64,000 bases of DNA from Candidatus Poseidoniaceae archaeon. GTDB lineage: Archaea; Thermoplasmatota; Poseidoniia; Poseidoniales; Poseidoniaceae. Shown piece after piece: positions 1-9,864 of the stretch. The stretch lies in contig JBJLBB010000006.1 in NCBI GenBank assembly GCA_045568435.1, forward strand, positions 141,382 through 205,381, given 5' to 3'. The notes under the pieces are model-generated. The model did not search any database. It worked only from the letters and a program-made list of their open reading frames with translations, and was not told the origin of the DNA. A program made the position numbers and the translations under genes. Each line of letters opens with the position of its first letter. Positions within the stretch are counted from its first letter, which is position 1.

Positions 1-1123
1 CATTGAGTAGTTGTATTGAACGGCGGAGAGGTGAGTCAATATGAGTCAGTATGTCTTTTTGATTTGTCCAATTATATTGTATTGCATATAGTAGATGGCC
101 ATTTAAAGAAGACGCAGGTGAGAAAGATAATGCAATTAAAGAAGCCCAAATAGCTGGTTTATCAGGAATTATGGCAAGTCTGGTACCGTTAGATTTAGTC
201 CTAACAATCAGTCTTAGATTCATTCCAAAAATCTTCAATGGCCACTTTGTTGGATTATTATATGTTGAAGGGCACCGATAATCTTGCCATTGTTCAACCC
301 ATGGGAAATCTGAAAGTTGGTCCAATCCATTTGGATGGTTGTGAAATGCAGCATTAACCGTTTCATGGAAAATCATACCTCCAACTTTTGCAATACTCGT
401 CCTAAGGTCTCTGGCCCATGCAGATAACGGATGAATTCGATGATTTTCAGGCGGAGTAATATTCTCTTCAGACATCCATTCAATCCATGACAGTGTAGCC
501 AGCAATGAATCTCTATCCGTGTGTCTGCGTCTTTGCCTCCGCCTGAATTGTAAACGTTCTTGGATGGTTGTGTCCGATGGTATTTGGATTGAACCAAGGG
601 CGTATATGAGTTGATTCAAATCCCAACCTAAACGTCCTTTACTATCAAAAAGCATCCTGACAACTGAGGCCACTGGAATATCATTTGGCAACTCTCGGCC
701 ATTGATTATTGCTTTAGAAGATAGAAATGATAAACGAATATCGCCTATCATTTCGAAGCCTTGGTGTAAAATCGATCTATCCTTTGAAGTCAGTCTAACT
801 CCATTCTCTAGATCATGGCAGATTTGGAGACCTTTTTCTCTAGTACAAGGAAATGATAAAACCGGGTCTAGATTTTCATCTAATCTTGCCCAATCGGTTA
901 GTTTTGTATCTAGTACTGAAGATTGGAAGCATTCCCAGCGCTTCTTACTCGTTTTATCACCGCCACCAATATATTGAACTGCTTTTTCTGATGCTTCCGG
1001 ATGAACATCTTTGCCCCAAGTCTTATTTTTCGACTGCTTAGTCATTGAATCGCATAGGGCACATAAGCCTCTAGTGATGGCTTTTGATTCACAAACTTGG
1101 CATTTTTCACCCTTATTAGCCAT
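1..1123 (-). CDS. Hypothetical protein with N-terminal Cys4 zinc-ribbon-like motif, truncated by the window edge (>374 aa)
   Basis: Translated by hand and absent from the ORF track because no stop lies in the window. ATG at 1123 gives MANKGEKCQVCESKAITRGLCALCDSM..., and the frame stays open to base 1. Confidence 0.8.
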   Translation of the reverse strand, partial: MANKGEKCQVCESKAITRGLCALCDSMTKQSKNKTWGKDVHPEASEKAVQYIGGGDKTSKKRWECFQSSVLDTKLTDWARLDENLDPVLSFPCTREKGLQICHDLENGVRLTSKDRSILHQGFEMIGDIRLSFLSSKAIINGRELPNDIPVASVVRMLFDSKGRLGWDLNQLIYALGSIQIPSDTTIQERLQFRRRQRRRHTDRDSLLATLSWIEWMSEENITPPENHRIHPLSAWARDLRTSIAKVGGMIFHETVNAAFHNHPNGLDQLSDFPWVEQWQDYRCPSTYNNPTKWPLKIFGMNLRLIVRTKSNGTRLAIIPDKPAIWASLIALSFSPASSLNGHLLYAIQYNWTNQKDILTHIDSPLRRSIQLLN

Positions 1124-1172
1124 CCCTATCTCCTCGATAATTCGACGAGACTATTTCAATAAATGATAGATA

Positions 1173-2216
1173 TTAGGCTATTTGTTTGAATGCTTCAATG
1201 GTACGGTCGACGTCTTCATCGGTAATATGGAGGTGAGTTACAGCCCTAACTGCAATCGGCCCTACTTCGAGTACATCAATTCCTAAATCAGATAATTTTC
1301 TAAGAATTTCTTTAGCACCTTGCTCGCCTTCGATATAGACCATATTTGTTTCAACACTATCTAAGTCTACACTAAATCCATCGATTTGGTTTACCGCTTC
1401 GGCTAATCTCTGTGCCCTGGAATGGTCTTCAGACATTCTCTCTATGTGATGCTCTAATGCATAGATTCCACAAGCTGCTAGAACTCCTGCTTGACGCATT
1501 CCACCGCCAAACATCTTTCTCCATCGATGTGCTTTAGAAATAAATGCTGATGAACCAACTAGAACACTTCCTACCGGAGTTCCTAGGCCTTTGGAAAGAC
1601 AAATTGAAATCGAATCATAATCTCTAACCATCCTTGATGCTGAGGTTCCTGTAGCGATTACTGCATTGAAAAGTCTAGCGCCATCAATGTGAGCAGCGCA
1701 CCCATTATCATGGGCAACTTTAGCGATTTCATCCAGGACATGTTGAGGATAACATGTGCCTCCTCCTCTATTTGCAGTATTCTCAACACAGACTAGTGAA
1801 CCATTTGGATAATGTCCTAGGCTGCCTTCTTGTTTACGAATTGCTTTGGCTACATCTTTGGCGTCCATTATTCCAGACTTTCCTTGAACAAGCGCAACTG
1901 AGCAACCGGAAAGTGCGGCATAGCCACCTCCTTCGTAAACGTAAATATGGCTAGCGGTTTCTGTGATTATTTCGTCACCAGAATTAGTATGCGCTCTGAT
2001 AGCAATAGCATTGGACATCGTTCCACTCGGGACAAAAAGAGCCGCTTCCTTGCCAAGCATTTCTGCTAACATATCTTGTAATTTGATTACCGTTTGGTCA
2101 TCTCCAAGAACATCGTCGCCTACCGGGGCATTCATCATAGCCTCTCTCATAGCAGTAGTTGGTTGGGTAACAGTGTCACTACGAAGGTCTACTCGTTCAC
2201 TGGGATACTCGCGCAT
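1173..2216 (-). CDS. ltaE: Low-specificity L-threonine aldolase (PLP-dependent)
   Basis: Motifs DLRSDTVT, FVPSGTMSN, HIDGARLFNA, CLSKGLG (PLP lysine) and GGGMRQAG. Confidence 0.95.
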   Translation of the reverse strand: MREYPSERVDLRSDTVTQPTTAMREAMMNAPVGDDVLGDDQTVIKLQDMLAEMLGKEAALFVPSGTMSNAIAIRAHTNSGDEIITETASHIYVYEGGGYAALSGCSVALVQGKSGIMDAKDVAKAIRKQEGSLGHYPNGSLVCVENTANRGGGTCYPQHVLDEIAKVAHDNGCAAHIDGARLFNAVIATGTSASRMVRDYDSISICLSKGLGTPVGSVLVGSSAFISKAHRWRKMFGGGMRQAGVLAACGIYALEHHIERMSEDHSRAQRLAEAVNQIDGFSVDLDSVETNMVYIEGEQGAKEILRKLSDLGIDVLEVGPIAVRAVTHLHITDEDVDRTIEAFKQIA

Positions 2217-2256
2217 AGAGAGTCGTAGTATCCATCACTCATCAATGCGGCGATGG

Positions 2257-2709
2257 TCAAAGTAATTTCAACTCTCCAGTAATACTTGACAATAATGATT
2301 CGGTGTCGGGCCCTAAGGCTAAAACTGTCAAAGATCCGCTTGGGATTTGTGTATGTCCTGCATCATGAATTTTAGTGGATAAAATGCCTTTGTTGGATGC
2401 TACCTTTTCTAGTTGTAATAAATGGTCTGCATCAGTGCCTTTGACGCAAATTTTCTTTTGCCCTGATGCTAGCCAAGATTCCAATAAATCGGGTGCTTCT
2501 TTTCCACATTTCAATGTTGAAGAAACCGCTGCATGGCCTACTTGTGCAGCGATTTTTCCTTTACCCATCTTCAGATTATTATTTACCACCAAGACCATTT
2601 TCACTTCTTCGTCGACAGTACTGCGATGCCTAAATGGCGGAGCGGTCAAACTGTGTATGAATGAACGTAGACCCATTGCGCTTCGTTCATAGCACGGGCT
2701 CTTCCTCAA
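2257..2709 (-). CDS. pth2: Peptidyl-tRNA hydrolase, Pth2 family (paralog A)
   Basis: LKMGKGKIAAQVGHA, GQKKICVK and DAGHTQIPSGSLTVLALGP. The start may be the downstream Met (MGLRS). Confidence 0.92.
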   Translation of the reverse strand: MRKSPCYERSAMGLRSFIHSLTAPPFRHRSTVDEEVKMVLVVNNNLKMGKGKIAAQVGHAAVSSTLKCGKEAPDLLESWLASGQKKICVKGTDADHLLQLEKVASNKGILSTKIHDAGHTQIPSGSLTVLALGPDTESLLSSITGELKLL

Positions 2710-3086
2710 TAAGGCTTCAAGTCTTGAACCAAAGCATCGATACTTCTTCGTGGCCCAGGACCAATTCCAAGCACCGTTATTGTGCCTGGAGGTATTTCGG
2801 TATGACCTGCATCTTTTACGATGTGCGTGATTAAATTTGCCGACTGTGCTTGCCCTGCTAATCTTTGAAGGGAAGAAAGGTCTTCAACCTGTAAACAAAT
2901 TTTCCTTGCCCCACTATTTTTCCATCTTTCAAGTAAGCGCTTTTCTGATTTATTGGCGGCAAGAGTACAACTGGTTGCCGCATGCGCACATTGAACTGCT
3001 AACTTGCCCGCTGATAATTTCAAATCTTTGCGTGCGATTAGGACCATCGTAGTCTCATTATGACTCGATGACATAACCTTCAACAA
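2706..3086 (-). CDS. pth2: Peptidyl-tRNA hydrolase, Pth2 family (paralog B)
   Basis: RKDLKLSAGKLAVQCAHA, GARKICL and DAGHTEIPPGTITVLGIGP. Confidence 0.92.
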   Translation of the reverse strand: MLKVMSSSHNETTMVLIARKDLKLSAGKLAVQCAHAATSCTLAANKSEKRLLERWKNSGARKICLQVEDLSSLQRLAGQAQSANLITHIVKDAGHTEIPPGTITVLGIGPGPRRSIDALVQDLKPY

Positions 3087-3717
3087 CCGCTACTTCTATT
3101 TCTTCAAGAGTTGGTTGGTATTGTAAGACCCTAACGAACCATGAACTGAACCAAGCTGCGAATGTTAAGTTCCCAAGCGCATGCATTAAGTCATATGGAA
3201 TTCCATTGGCGAGATAAATCAAGAATTGGTTTAACCCGACCGAACCATCGATAATTGAAAACGATACTATGATGTCGAACAGGAAAGCGCTGAAAATTGA
3301 TAGAGTGAATAATCTTTTGAAATTGATTTGATTTGAGACGACTAGTTTAGAGTTGGCTCCAATAATTGCTACAATGGACCAACCCATGGCTTGGTATAAA
3401 GTCCAAATTCCATTACCGATTATGAAATTAGAAATCATAGTAACCAGTATTGCAAATGCCACTCCTCTTTTGGCACCCAACTGCGCCCCAACTAGAAGGG
3501 CGGCGATAGTAACCGGCTGAATATTTGGCAGTGGAGTCATAACTACACGCAAAAGTGAGACACCAGCAATAATAGAAGCAAATAAGATAATATCTGATGT
3601 TCTACGCTTGGTTGAACTCAATAATGTCGAAAAAACAATACCGAGTAAAACTACGTCTAGAACCAAACTCCCTATCGGCCCCAATACAGGACCGTGGATG
3701 CCAGTGGCTTGGAACAT
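3058..3717 (-). CDS. ECF transporter S component, CbrT-like (probable cobalamin uptake)
   Basis: About 6-7 TM helices. Motifs LPNIQPVT, SNFIIGNGIWT.YQ and GIPYDLMHALGN resemble CbrT-type S components. Confidence 0.75.
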   Translation of the reverse strand: MFQATGIHGPVLGPIGSLVLDVVLLGIVFSTLLSSTKRRTSDIILFASIIAGVSLLRVVMTPLPNIQPVTIAALLVGAQLGAKRGVAFAILVTMISNFIIGNGIWTLYQAMGWSIVAIIGANSKLVVSNQINFKRLFTLSIFSAFLFDIIVSFSIIDGSVGLNQFLIYLANGIPYDLMHALGNLTFAAWFSSWFVRVLQYQPTLEEIEVAVVEGYVIES

Positions 3718-3755
3718 GAACTAGCCAAAAAGTGAAATGTCTTGAGCATTGTCAT

Positions 3756-5465
3756 CTAAATTATCTTCCAATGCACAATACTATCGCTATTTATTTCTGC
3801 ATATTGTGCAGAAACCATAGCCTCTGAACCGTCAACAAAGAATATCCAACCTTCACCTTGAATTCCATTGAAACTCTCAATATATTTACCAATCGAAGTA
3901 TCGGTGTCCTCTACACTAACCATGAGACTATCGGATGCTTTGTAAGTTAACTCAAGGGCATTATCATTATTTAGGTGTCCACCAGAAACTAAAGTTTGAT
4001 TGTCAAATTCAAAAACTACAACTTGTGTTCCAAGCCATTCCTCAGGCCAATCATCGTCCCACAATTCTTCTGAAGTCTTGGTATCATCATTGAGTCCAGA
4101 GACATAAGAAGACCATGCAGTGGCTATATCATTGAAAGCGAATGTAAAAATCACGACTAAAATTACAATTAAGAACCGGAATGAAGACTTGTAATTTCCT
4201 CGGAGAAACTGTATTCCAGAGGTTGCCAAGAATATGAATAAAATCAATGTCAAAATCTGAGATATGTATCCCGAGTCTACTGATTCTTGTACCGTTAGTT
4301 CATTGTTTACTGATGAATAAACTTGTAGATAACCGTTATCATTTCCAAGTGCTAGAATCTGCTTCTCTCCTATTGATTGGTAGGCAGGTGCTGAAGTCCC
4401 ATACCAATCAAATCTTGTTGAAAGTAATTCATTAAAACCCAACTCAGTCGAGTTATTTAATGTAAATAATCCCCAGCCTCCTTCTACGGTATTTCTTGGC
4501 ATCATTAGCATATTATCGAATACTACTGAGGATTCGCCGTTGGAAATAAATGGGTGCTGATCGATAAACTGGCAAGACATAGAACAATCAAATGTCTTGA
4601 CAAAGTTTGAATCTATTGTTAGAATCGTGCCATTCAAAATTATCGGGATACCTGGCGAAGGCCCGGATTTAGAGAGGATTTCTAGAGTAAAATCTGTCGG
4701 GTCGAGAAGTGCGATTGTACTTTCAGTCGCCCCTTGGCCATGGACTAATAATTTACCACCTACCGGTAAAGGAGCATGTCTAATCTTACCGATATCTAAA
4801 AATTTAGAACTTATATTTCCTTGCTTAGACACTTTCCAAAGAGTTCCTGTTTCGTCTCCCAGAAAATAATTTTCACCAGACTTGGAGACTCCGTTTCTCC
4901 AACCGAGTCCGGTTTCTATTTCGAAATTTATTGAGCCATCAGAAAGGCAATAATTAGCTAATCCCGTTCTGGTTGGGACCAATAAATCGTCTGAATCAAT
5001 CAGTAATGAACCGGTAATTCCCCATGTTAATACCTCGGTATTTTGTTGCCAAAATAAATTACCAGTTACTGGATGTAATGCCTGTATAGTACCATCTGAC
5101 CAGCCAATGACTATCATATCAGACCATGTTCCACAATCACCTTGTCCCTCCTCAACATAAGTTATAGGAGACATATCATTTGAAGTTGAATTATAATTTA
5201 GGTTCGACCAAAGTAGTTCGCCATCTAAGTCAAATGCATAGATTCCTGCTGGGTCGGAGTTCGGAGTAGAAGTTGAAGTCCTAACAAAAATAGTATCATT
5301 GGTAATCAAGGGTTTTGTTGAAATAAAGGTTTCACCAAAGTCATATTCCCAATCCAATTCTAAGCCTTGTATTGTTTCGGCCTCTCCTTGAGCGGAAACG
5401 CTTGACAGCCCTCCGAGTAAAATCAAAATGGACAATACAATGGCACCGTAGCGCATCATTCTCAC
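3756..5465 (-). CDS. Membrane-anchored PQQ-like beta-propeller protein with C-terminal DUF4430/transcobalamin-like domain
   Basis: Signal peptide, propeller repeats (YAFDLDGELLW, ALHPVTGNLFW), two TM helices, then C-terminal GKYIESFNGI..GWIFFVDG..A.VSA....INSDSIVHW. Confidence 0.7.
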   Translation of the reverse strand: MRMMRYGAIVLSILILLGGLSSVSAQGEAETIQGLELDWEYDFGETFISTKPLITNDTIFVRTSTSTPNSDPAGIYAFDLDGELLWSNLNYNSTSNDMSPITYVEEGQGDCGTWSDMIVIGWSDGTIQALHPVTGNLFWQQNTEVLTWGITGSLLIDSDDLLVPTRTGLANYCLSDGSINFEIETGLGWRNGVSKSGENYFLGDETGTLWKVSKQGNISSKFLDIGKIRHAPLPVGGKLLVHGQGATESTIALLDPTDFTLEILSKSGPSPGIPIILNGTILTIDSNFVKTFDCSMSCQFIDQHPFISNGESSVVFDNMLMMPRNTVEGGWGLFTLNNSTELGFNELLSTRFDWYGTSAPAYQSIGEKQILALGNDNGYLQVYSSVNNELTVQESVDSGYISQILTLILFIFLATSGIQFLRGNYKSSFRFLIVILVVIFTFAFNDIATAWSSYVSGLNDDTKTSEELWDDDWPEEWLGTQVVVFEFDNQTLVSGGHLNNDNALELTYKASDSLMVSVEDTDTSIGKYIESFNGIQGEGWIFFVDGSEAMVSAQYAEINSDSIVHWKII

Positions 5466-7501
5466 TCCGTTATTTTCTGAATTGCGGCCCTAAGTAATGC
5501 GCTAACCGCCTTACCATCAGCAGCACCTGCAGCCTGCATTACAATGCCCATTAGCGGACCCATGGCACCCATGCCTCTTTCTTTGACGAAATCGGCTCTT
5601 TGACTGACTATGTCGTTAACTATTGATTCCAAATCCCCTAAATCTGCAGGCTTCAAACCATTATCTGAAGCATACTTGGCTATATCTTGTAAACTTGGTA
5701 ATGTTTGATTTGAAAACTCTGCGATTACAGAATTTACCGCCTCTCTTGTCAAGTCGCCATTCTCTTTAGCAGTCAAAACCAAACTTGAGAGTTGTGGGTC
5801 TTTGTCGTCATTCTCCAACAATACCGCCGCCCAACCTTTGTGAGGCAAGTCTCCGCAGAAATCAACGAATAAGTCGTCTAATTCTCTTGCCAATAGTTGG
5901 CTGGATTGGTCTTTAGAAATATCATATTTACTCATTCTTTGTGACCTTTCGTTATCGGTCATCGGTAAATTAGTGAGAATATTATCCCACATTTCAGTAG
6001 TTAGTTTTAGTGTTGGAATATCGGTTTCAGGATACATCCTAGCGCCCCCTGGCAATGGGCGCATTGGAGCGGTTGTTCCATCTTCTGGTGCGCCTTTCTT
6101 GACTACAACATTCCTTACTTCTTGTGAGACTCTGTGCCATGCTAATCTGGCTCTAGCAAGTACACTCTCCAAGGCTAATTCTGCTTGCCAATTAGGAGCT
6201 AAGCATAGTACGAAGCCGTCGTTGTCTTTCAAAGATAATTGCTTTCTAACCAAGCCTACATGTTCTTCTTCAATTCCATAAGCGGGCAATTCATCAGAAT
6301 GGAAAACCCCCTTGACACCTGCCAGTTTTGCTGCACCGGCTAATTCACGACCTAGTCTTGGTAACTGAGAGCCTTCATCGTCGAGTTCTTTAGTACCGAT
6401 TAGTCCTGCCAAACCTGGAAGTGGTAAAGCCAACATTACACTATTTTTAGCCAATCCAGTTTTGACCATTTTAGAATCACAATCTGCAAATTGAGTTGAT
6501 ACGTCTGTTAGTTCTAGAGGTAATGCTGCTGCCACTTTTTCTGCAACTTCTTGTTCAATTTCTGAGTCTGTAGAGCGCCTATCAGGAGGAAGTAGTGGTA
6601 AATCCATGGCCTCTCTAAGTTTATTTGTTAGACGATAAAAATGCAGTTGTCTGGCCATTTCAAGTCTGATAATTCGAGGGATCCAAGATAGGTCTTGACA
6701 GCCTTTTATCTCGATTCTATCGCCACATGCAATTGATACATTGAGGTCTTGTCTAATGCTACCAAGTCCTCTTCTAACCCTTCTTGTCTGTCTTAGAGAC
6801 CTACCAAGCGCGATTGCTGTTTGCTTTGCATGTTCAGGAGAAATGACGTCGGGAGCGGTTGCGATTTCGATCAATGGCAAACCTAAACGGTCTAAATTGT
6901 AAATCACTTGCTCTCCATTTTCTGTTGAGATTGTGTCTAGTTTTCTGGCACTGTCTTCTTCTAGGCACAGTACATCTATCCCTACTGGGCCTTCTTCAGT
7001 CTGTAAAGTACCGTCTGTGGAAATCAAAGTAGTTCGTTGAAAGCCACTTGTATTAGAACCGTCCACCACAGTTTTTCTCATCGTTTGAAAAAGTGAGACC
7101 GGTTTGGAGTTAACCAGTGCTGAAACGGTTAATGCGATGTCCAAGGCGTCTTCGTCGTGAGATAGTGGCGGTTGCTCATCTAGTTCAATCAATCCCGAAT
7201 TTGGCGATTGTGCATAGATGAAAGAGCGATTTCTTTTCGATTCAAAGCGAGCGGCAACATCGATTTTGCCGCCTTCGCCTCTCGATGCGCGTAATTTACG
7301 GGAAAATCTCGGCCAATCTTCTGGAACTGTGTCAATCGTGACATCGTATAATTCTCCAGTCTGCCTAGAATGTAATTTCCCTGTAGAAAGTTGTTGATGG
7401 ACTTCAAGCCCGCACATGAAACCCAATCCCTCTGGGTCAAGAGCAGTGGCATTGTTAACTTCACCTTCCGGTTCGTTAACATGTACTTCGGCCATGGCCA
7501 T
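5462..7501 (-). CDS. gatE: Glu-tRNA(Gln) amidotransferase subunit E
   Basis: CGLEVHQQL, MRKTVVDGSNTSGFQRT, LEEDSAR, LDRLGLPLIEIAT, RQDLNVSI, GVFHSDELPAYGI and RMYPETD. Confidence 0.97.
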   Translation of the reverse strand: MAMAEVHVNEPEGEVNNATALDPEGLGFMCGLEVHQQLSTGKLHSRQTGELYDVTIDTVPEDWPRFSRKLRASRGEGGKIDVAARFESKRNRSFIYAQSPNSGLIELDEQPPLSHDEDALDIALTVSALVNSKPVSLFQTMRKTVVDGSNTSGFQRTTLISTDGTLQTEEGPVGIDVLCLEEDSARKLDTISTENGEQVIYNLDRLGLPLIEIATAPDVISPEHAKQTAIALGRSLRQTRRVRRGLGSIRQDLNVSIACGDRIEIKGCQDLSWIPRIIRLEMARQLHFYRLTNKLREAMDLPLLPPDRRSTDSEIEQEVAEKVAAALPLELTDVSTQFADCDSKMVKTGLAKNSVMLALPLPGLAGLIGTKELDDEGSQLPRLGRELAGAAKLAGVKGVFHSDELPAYGIEEEHVGLVRKQLSLKDNDGFVLCLAPNWQAELALESVLARARLAWHRVSQEVRNVVVKKGAPEDGTTAPMRPLPGGARMYPETDIPTLKLTTEMWDNILTNLPMTDNERSQRMSKYDISKDQSSQLLARELDDLFVDFCGDLPHKGWAAVLLENDDKDPQLSSLVLTAKENGDLTREAVNSVIAEFSNQTLPSLQDIAKYASDNGLKPADLGDLESIVNDIVSQRADFVKERGMGAMGPLMGIVMQAAGAADGKAVSALLRAAIQKITE

Positions 7502-7538
7502 CCCAATCGTTCATCATTCAAGATAGCAACGCATGAAC

Positions 7539-9689
7539 TTAGACAATTTGCAATGTATCATAGCCGGATGGGCGCATTATGTCCCCGTTCCTAACTAATT
7601 TCTCAATTATGTCTTCAGCTTTAGTTCTTGAAATCTTGTACTTCTCAGCCTCTGTATAAACGTCCAATACATTTGCAACCTTGACTTGGTTGGTCGATTG
7701 ATTCTGTAATGTTGAGATTATTTCTATCAGCATTCTTTCTTGGTTCCTAACTGATGTTTTCTTGCCGGTTTCAATAGTAGTCATATCGAAATTCTCACCC
7801 ATCAATTCATTTCTCCATGTTTTTGTCAACCTTATCGCTCTTTCAACATCATCAATGGTTGCAATGTTAGAAAGTCTGATTCTTGCGCTTGCTTCAGCCA
7901 TTCTGGCTACTGCTTCTAGAGAACGAGCAGTTATTGAAACACTATCAGAGGATTCTCCCCCTTTCTTTCTAGTTTCCACATAAAATTCAACTATCTTGTT
8001 CTGGGCTTCTTCCTCAAGTTTAGGGTGAATTGACCTCTTGGAGTAAGCGATATACTTTCGAATTAAATCTCGAGCGAGTATCTCGTCGCCATCTTGGGAT
8101 TTCTGAACTCCTGTGATTGAGTTCTTAGCAGGGTCTGGGGCGCTTCCTTCGGTCACCAATAATTCACTAGTTCCGATAAGACGATTCTTGATTATGTGAT
8201 TGGCAATTTTAGAATCCTTGGATTCGTCGGCATCATCGGTAAGTAGCCAGATAATGTCAAATCTCGAAATAAGTGGTGGAGCGAGATTTATTTGGCCTGT
8301 AAAAGGTGTTTCTGATATTGGCTCGAAACGTCCATTCTTCGGGTTTGCTGCTGCCAATACCGCGCATCTTGTTCTTAGACTTGCATTAATTCCTGCTTTA
8401 GAAATAGAGATTGTTTGTTGTTCCATCGCTTCATGCATACTCGACCTATCGCCTTCATTCATTTTGTCGAATTCGTCAATTGCTGCAAGTCCTAAATCTG
8501 CAAGTACCAATGCACCTGCTTCAAGGGTCCAACGTCCTTCCGCGGCAGAATCTTGTACTGCTGCTGCTGTCAAACCAGCTGCAGAAGCAGATTGTCCAGA
8601 GGTGAATCTCCCACGAGGAGAAATTCTTGACATGTAATTGAGTAATTGGGATTTAGCAACACCAGGGTCTCCCATCAAAAGAATGTGAATGTCGCCTCTA
8701 TTCCTTGTTCCATCAGGATTTAATCTTGCGACTCCGCCAAAAAGTTGGAGCATCAATGATTCTTTGACACGGTCCATGCCGAATATTGAAGGGGCTATGC
8801 TTTTTGTGAACAGGTCATAGATATCCTCTCTACTGGCTAATTCCTTGATCTCTAATTCTTCATCTTCGGAAATTTTGATTTCCTCTAACGGAATATTTTG
8901 TCTTTCCAATGAATGAATACGCAGGAAGATATCGAAAACAGGAGTATCTTTACCACCTTTTCTCTGGGAGCGAATGAACAGAACTCCATTCGCTTTGACT
9001 CTGTCTCCTGGGTTCAACTTACCCGCTAAATCATGTTCTCCGATACAAATAATCCGTTCAGGCTGAATTCCACCTTTCATTTGTTCTGGTAATTCTTGTA
9101 GTTCTATGAACTGTGAATTTATCAAAATGGATTCTTCTTGTTGTAGAACAAATCTAGTCTGTCTCTTTGGTTTCCCGCAACCGCCATCTATTTGCGAACA
9201 TTCGATCGGTTCGATCAATTCTTGCTCATTTGGTTGATTGATAATCATCACATGACCACAAGAAGCACATTCGAATGATGCTGAATAAATTCTAGGCCTT
9301 ACGCCTGAAATCTTGGTTGTGACTGCGTCTATTGCCAACATTTGGCCGATATCGTCGGAACGGAGTTGGGATACAACTCGTATCTGGTCGCTTGGCAAGT
9401 GGACGATTCTAACGAAGGGGAACATGTTTGGATGTCCGGCATCTCGTAAAAATTGCCTAAGGGCGTGGTTGGCTGCATGGAAATGAAGTTCTGGATGTTC
9501 GATGATATCATGAGCGAATTCATCGTCGAAGCCTTCAATGATTCTGTAAGAGACTTCTAATGATTGGTCGTCAGGCCAGTTTTGAGCGAGGTTATGGACT
9601 GATTCTGCATACAAATCTTGAATCATTGAAGTCCATCGGGCTGGCAAATCAAACTCTTGTAACAACTCATCACCTCCTGTGTAATTCAA
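7539..9689 (-). CDS. mcm: Replicative DNA helicase MCM
   Basis: Zinc finger CASC...CSQIDGGC, Walker A GDPGVAKSQ, Walker B IDEFDKM, arginine finger SRFD and a C-terminal winged helix. Confidence 0.97.
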   Translation of the reverse strand: MNYTGGDELLQEFDLPARWTSMIQDLYAESVHNLAQNWPDDQSLEVSYRIIEGFDDEFAHDIIEHPELHFHAANHALRQFLRDAGHPNMFPFVRIVHLPSDQIRVVSQLRSDDIGQMLAIDAVTTKISGVRPRIYSASFECASCGHVMIINQPNEQELIEPIECSQIDGGCGKPKRQTRFVLQQEESILINSQFIELQELPEQMKGGIQPERIICIGEHDLAGKLNPGDRVKANGVLFIRSQRKGGKDTPVFDIFLRIHSLERQNIPLEEIKISEDEELEIKELASREDIYDLFTKSIAPSIFGMDRVKESLMLQLFGGVARLNPDGTRNRGDIHILLMGDPGVAKSQLLNYMSRISPRGRFTSGQSASAAGLTAAAVQDSAAEGRWTLEAGALVLADLGLAAIDEFDKMNEGDRSSMHEAMEQQTISISKAGINASLRTRCAVLAAANPKNGRFEPISETPFTGQINLAPPLISRFDIIWLLTDDADESKDSKIANHIIKNRLIGTSELLVTEGSAPDPAKNSITGVQKSQDGDEILARDLIRKYIAYSKRSIHPKLEEEAQNKIVEFYVETRKKGGESSDSVSITARSLEAVARMAEASARIRLSNIATIDDVERAIRLTKTWRNELMGENFDMTTIETGKKTSVRNQERMLIEIISTLQNQSTNQVKVANVLDVYTEAEKYKISRTKAEDIIEKLVRNGDIMRPSGYDTLQIV

Positions 9690-9864
9690 TCTCGCGACTA
9701 TGAGACATAATTGGCAACAGTATATGAAATCATTTCTTAGCCTTCCCCCACCCCTTTATTTCCACTGGAGAAAGGGTGGCTCTATGTCCTTTTTTTACCA
9801 AATATATTGATGTCCATTGCCCATTGGCCATGACCGCAGAACCAATGAGTGAGGAACTTCTAGA

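Noticed and set aside
373-1041. Short ORFs 373-597, 702-977 and 853-1041
   Set aside because: They are alternate-frame or antisense shadows of the long minus-strand gene at 1-1123.
9690-9864. Replication origin next to mcm
   Set aside because: The region is short, with no repeated ORB-like elements and no cdc6/orc1 gene; it looks like a plain divergent promoter.
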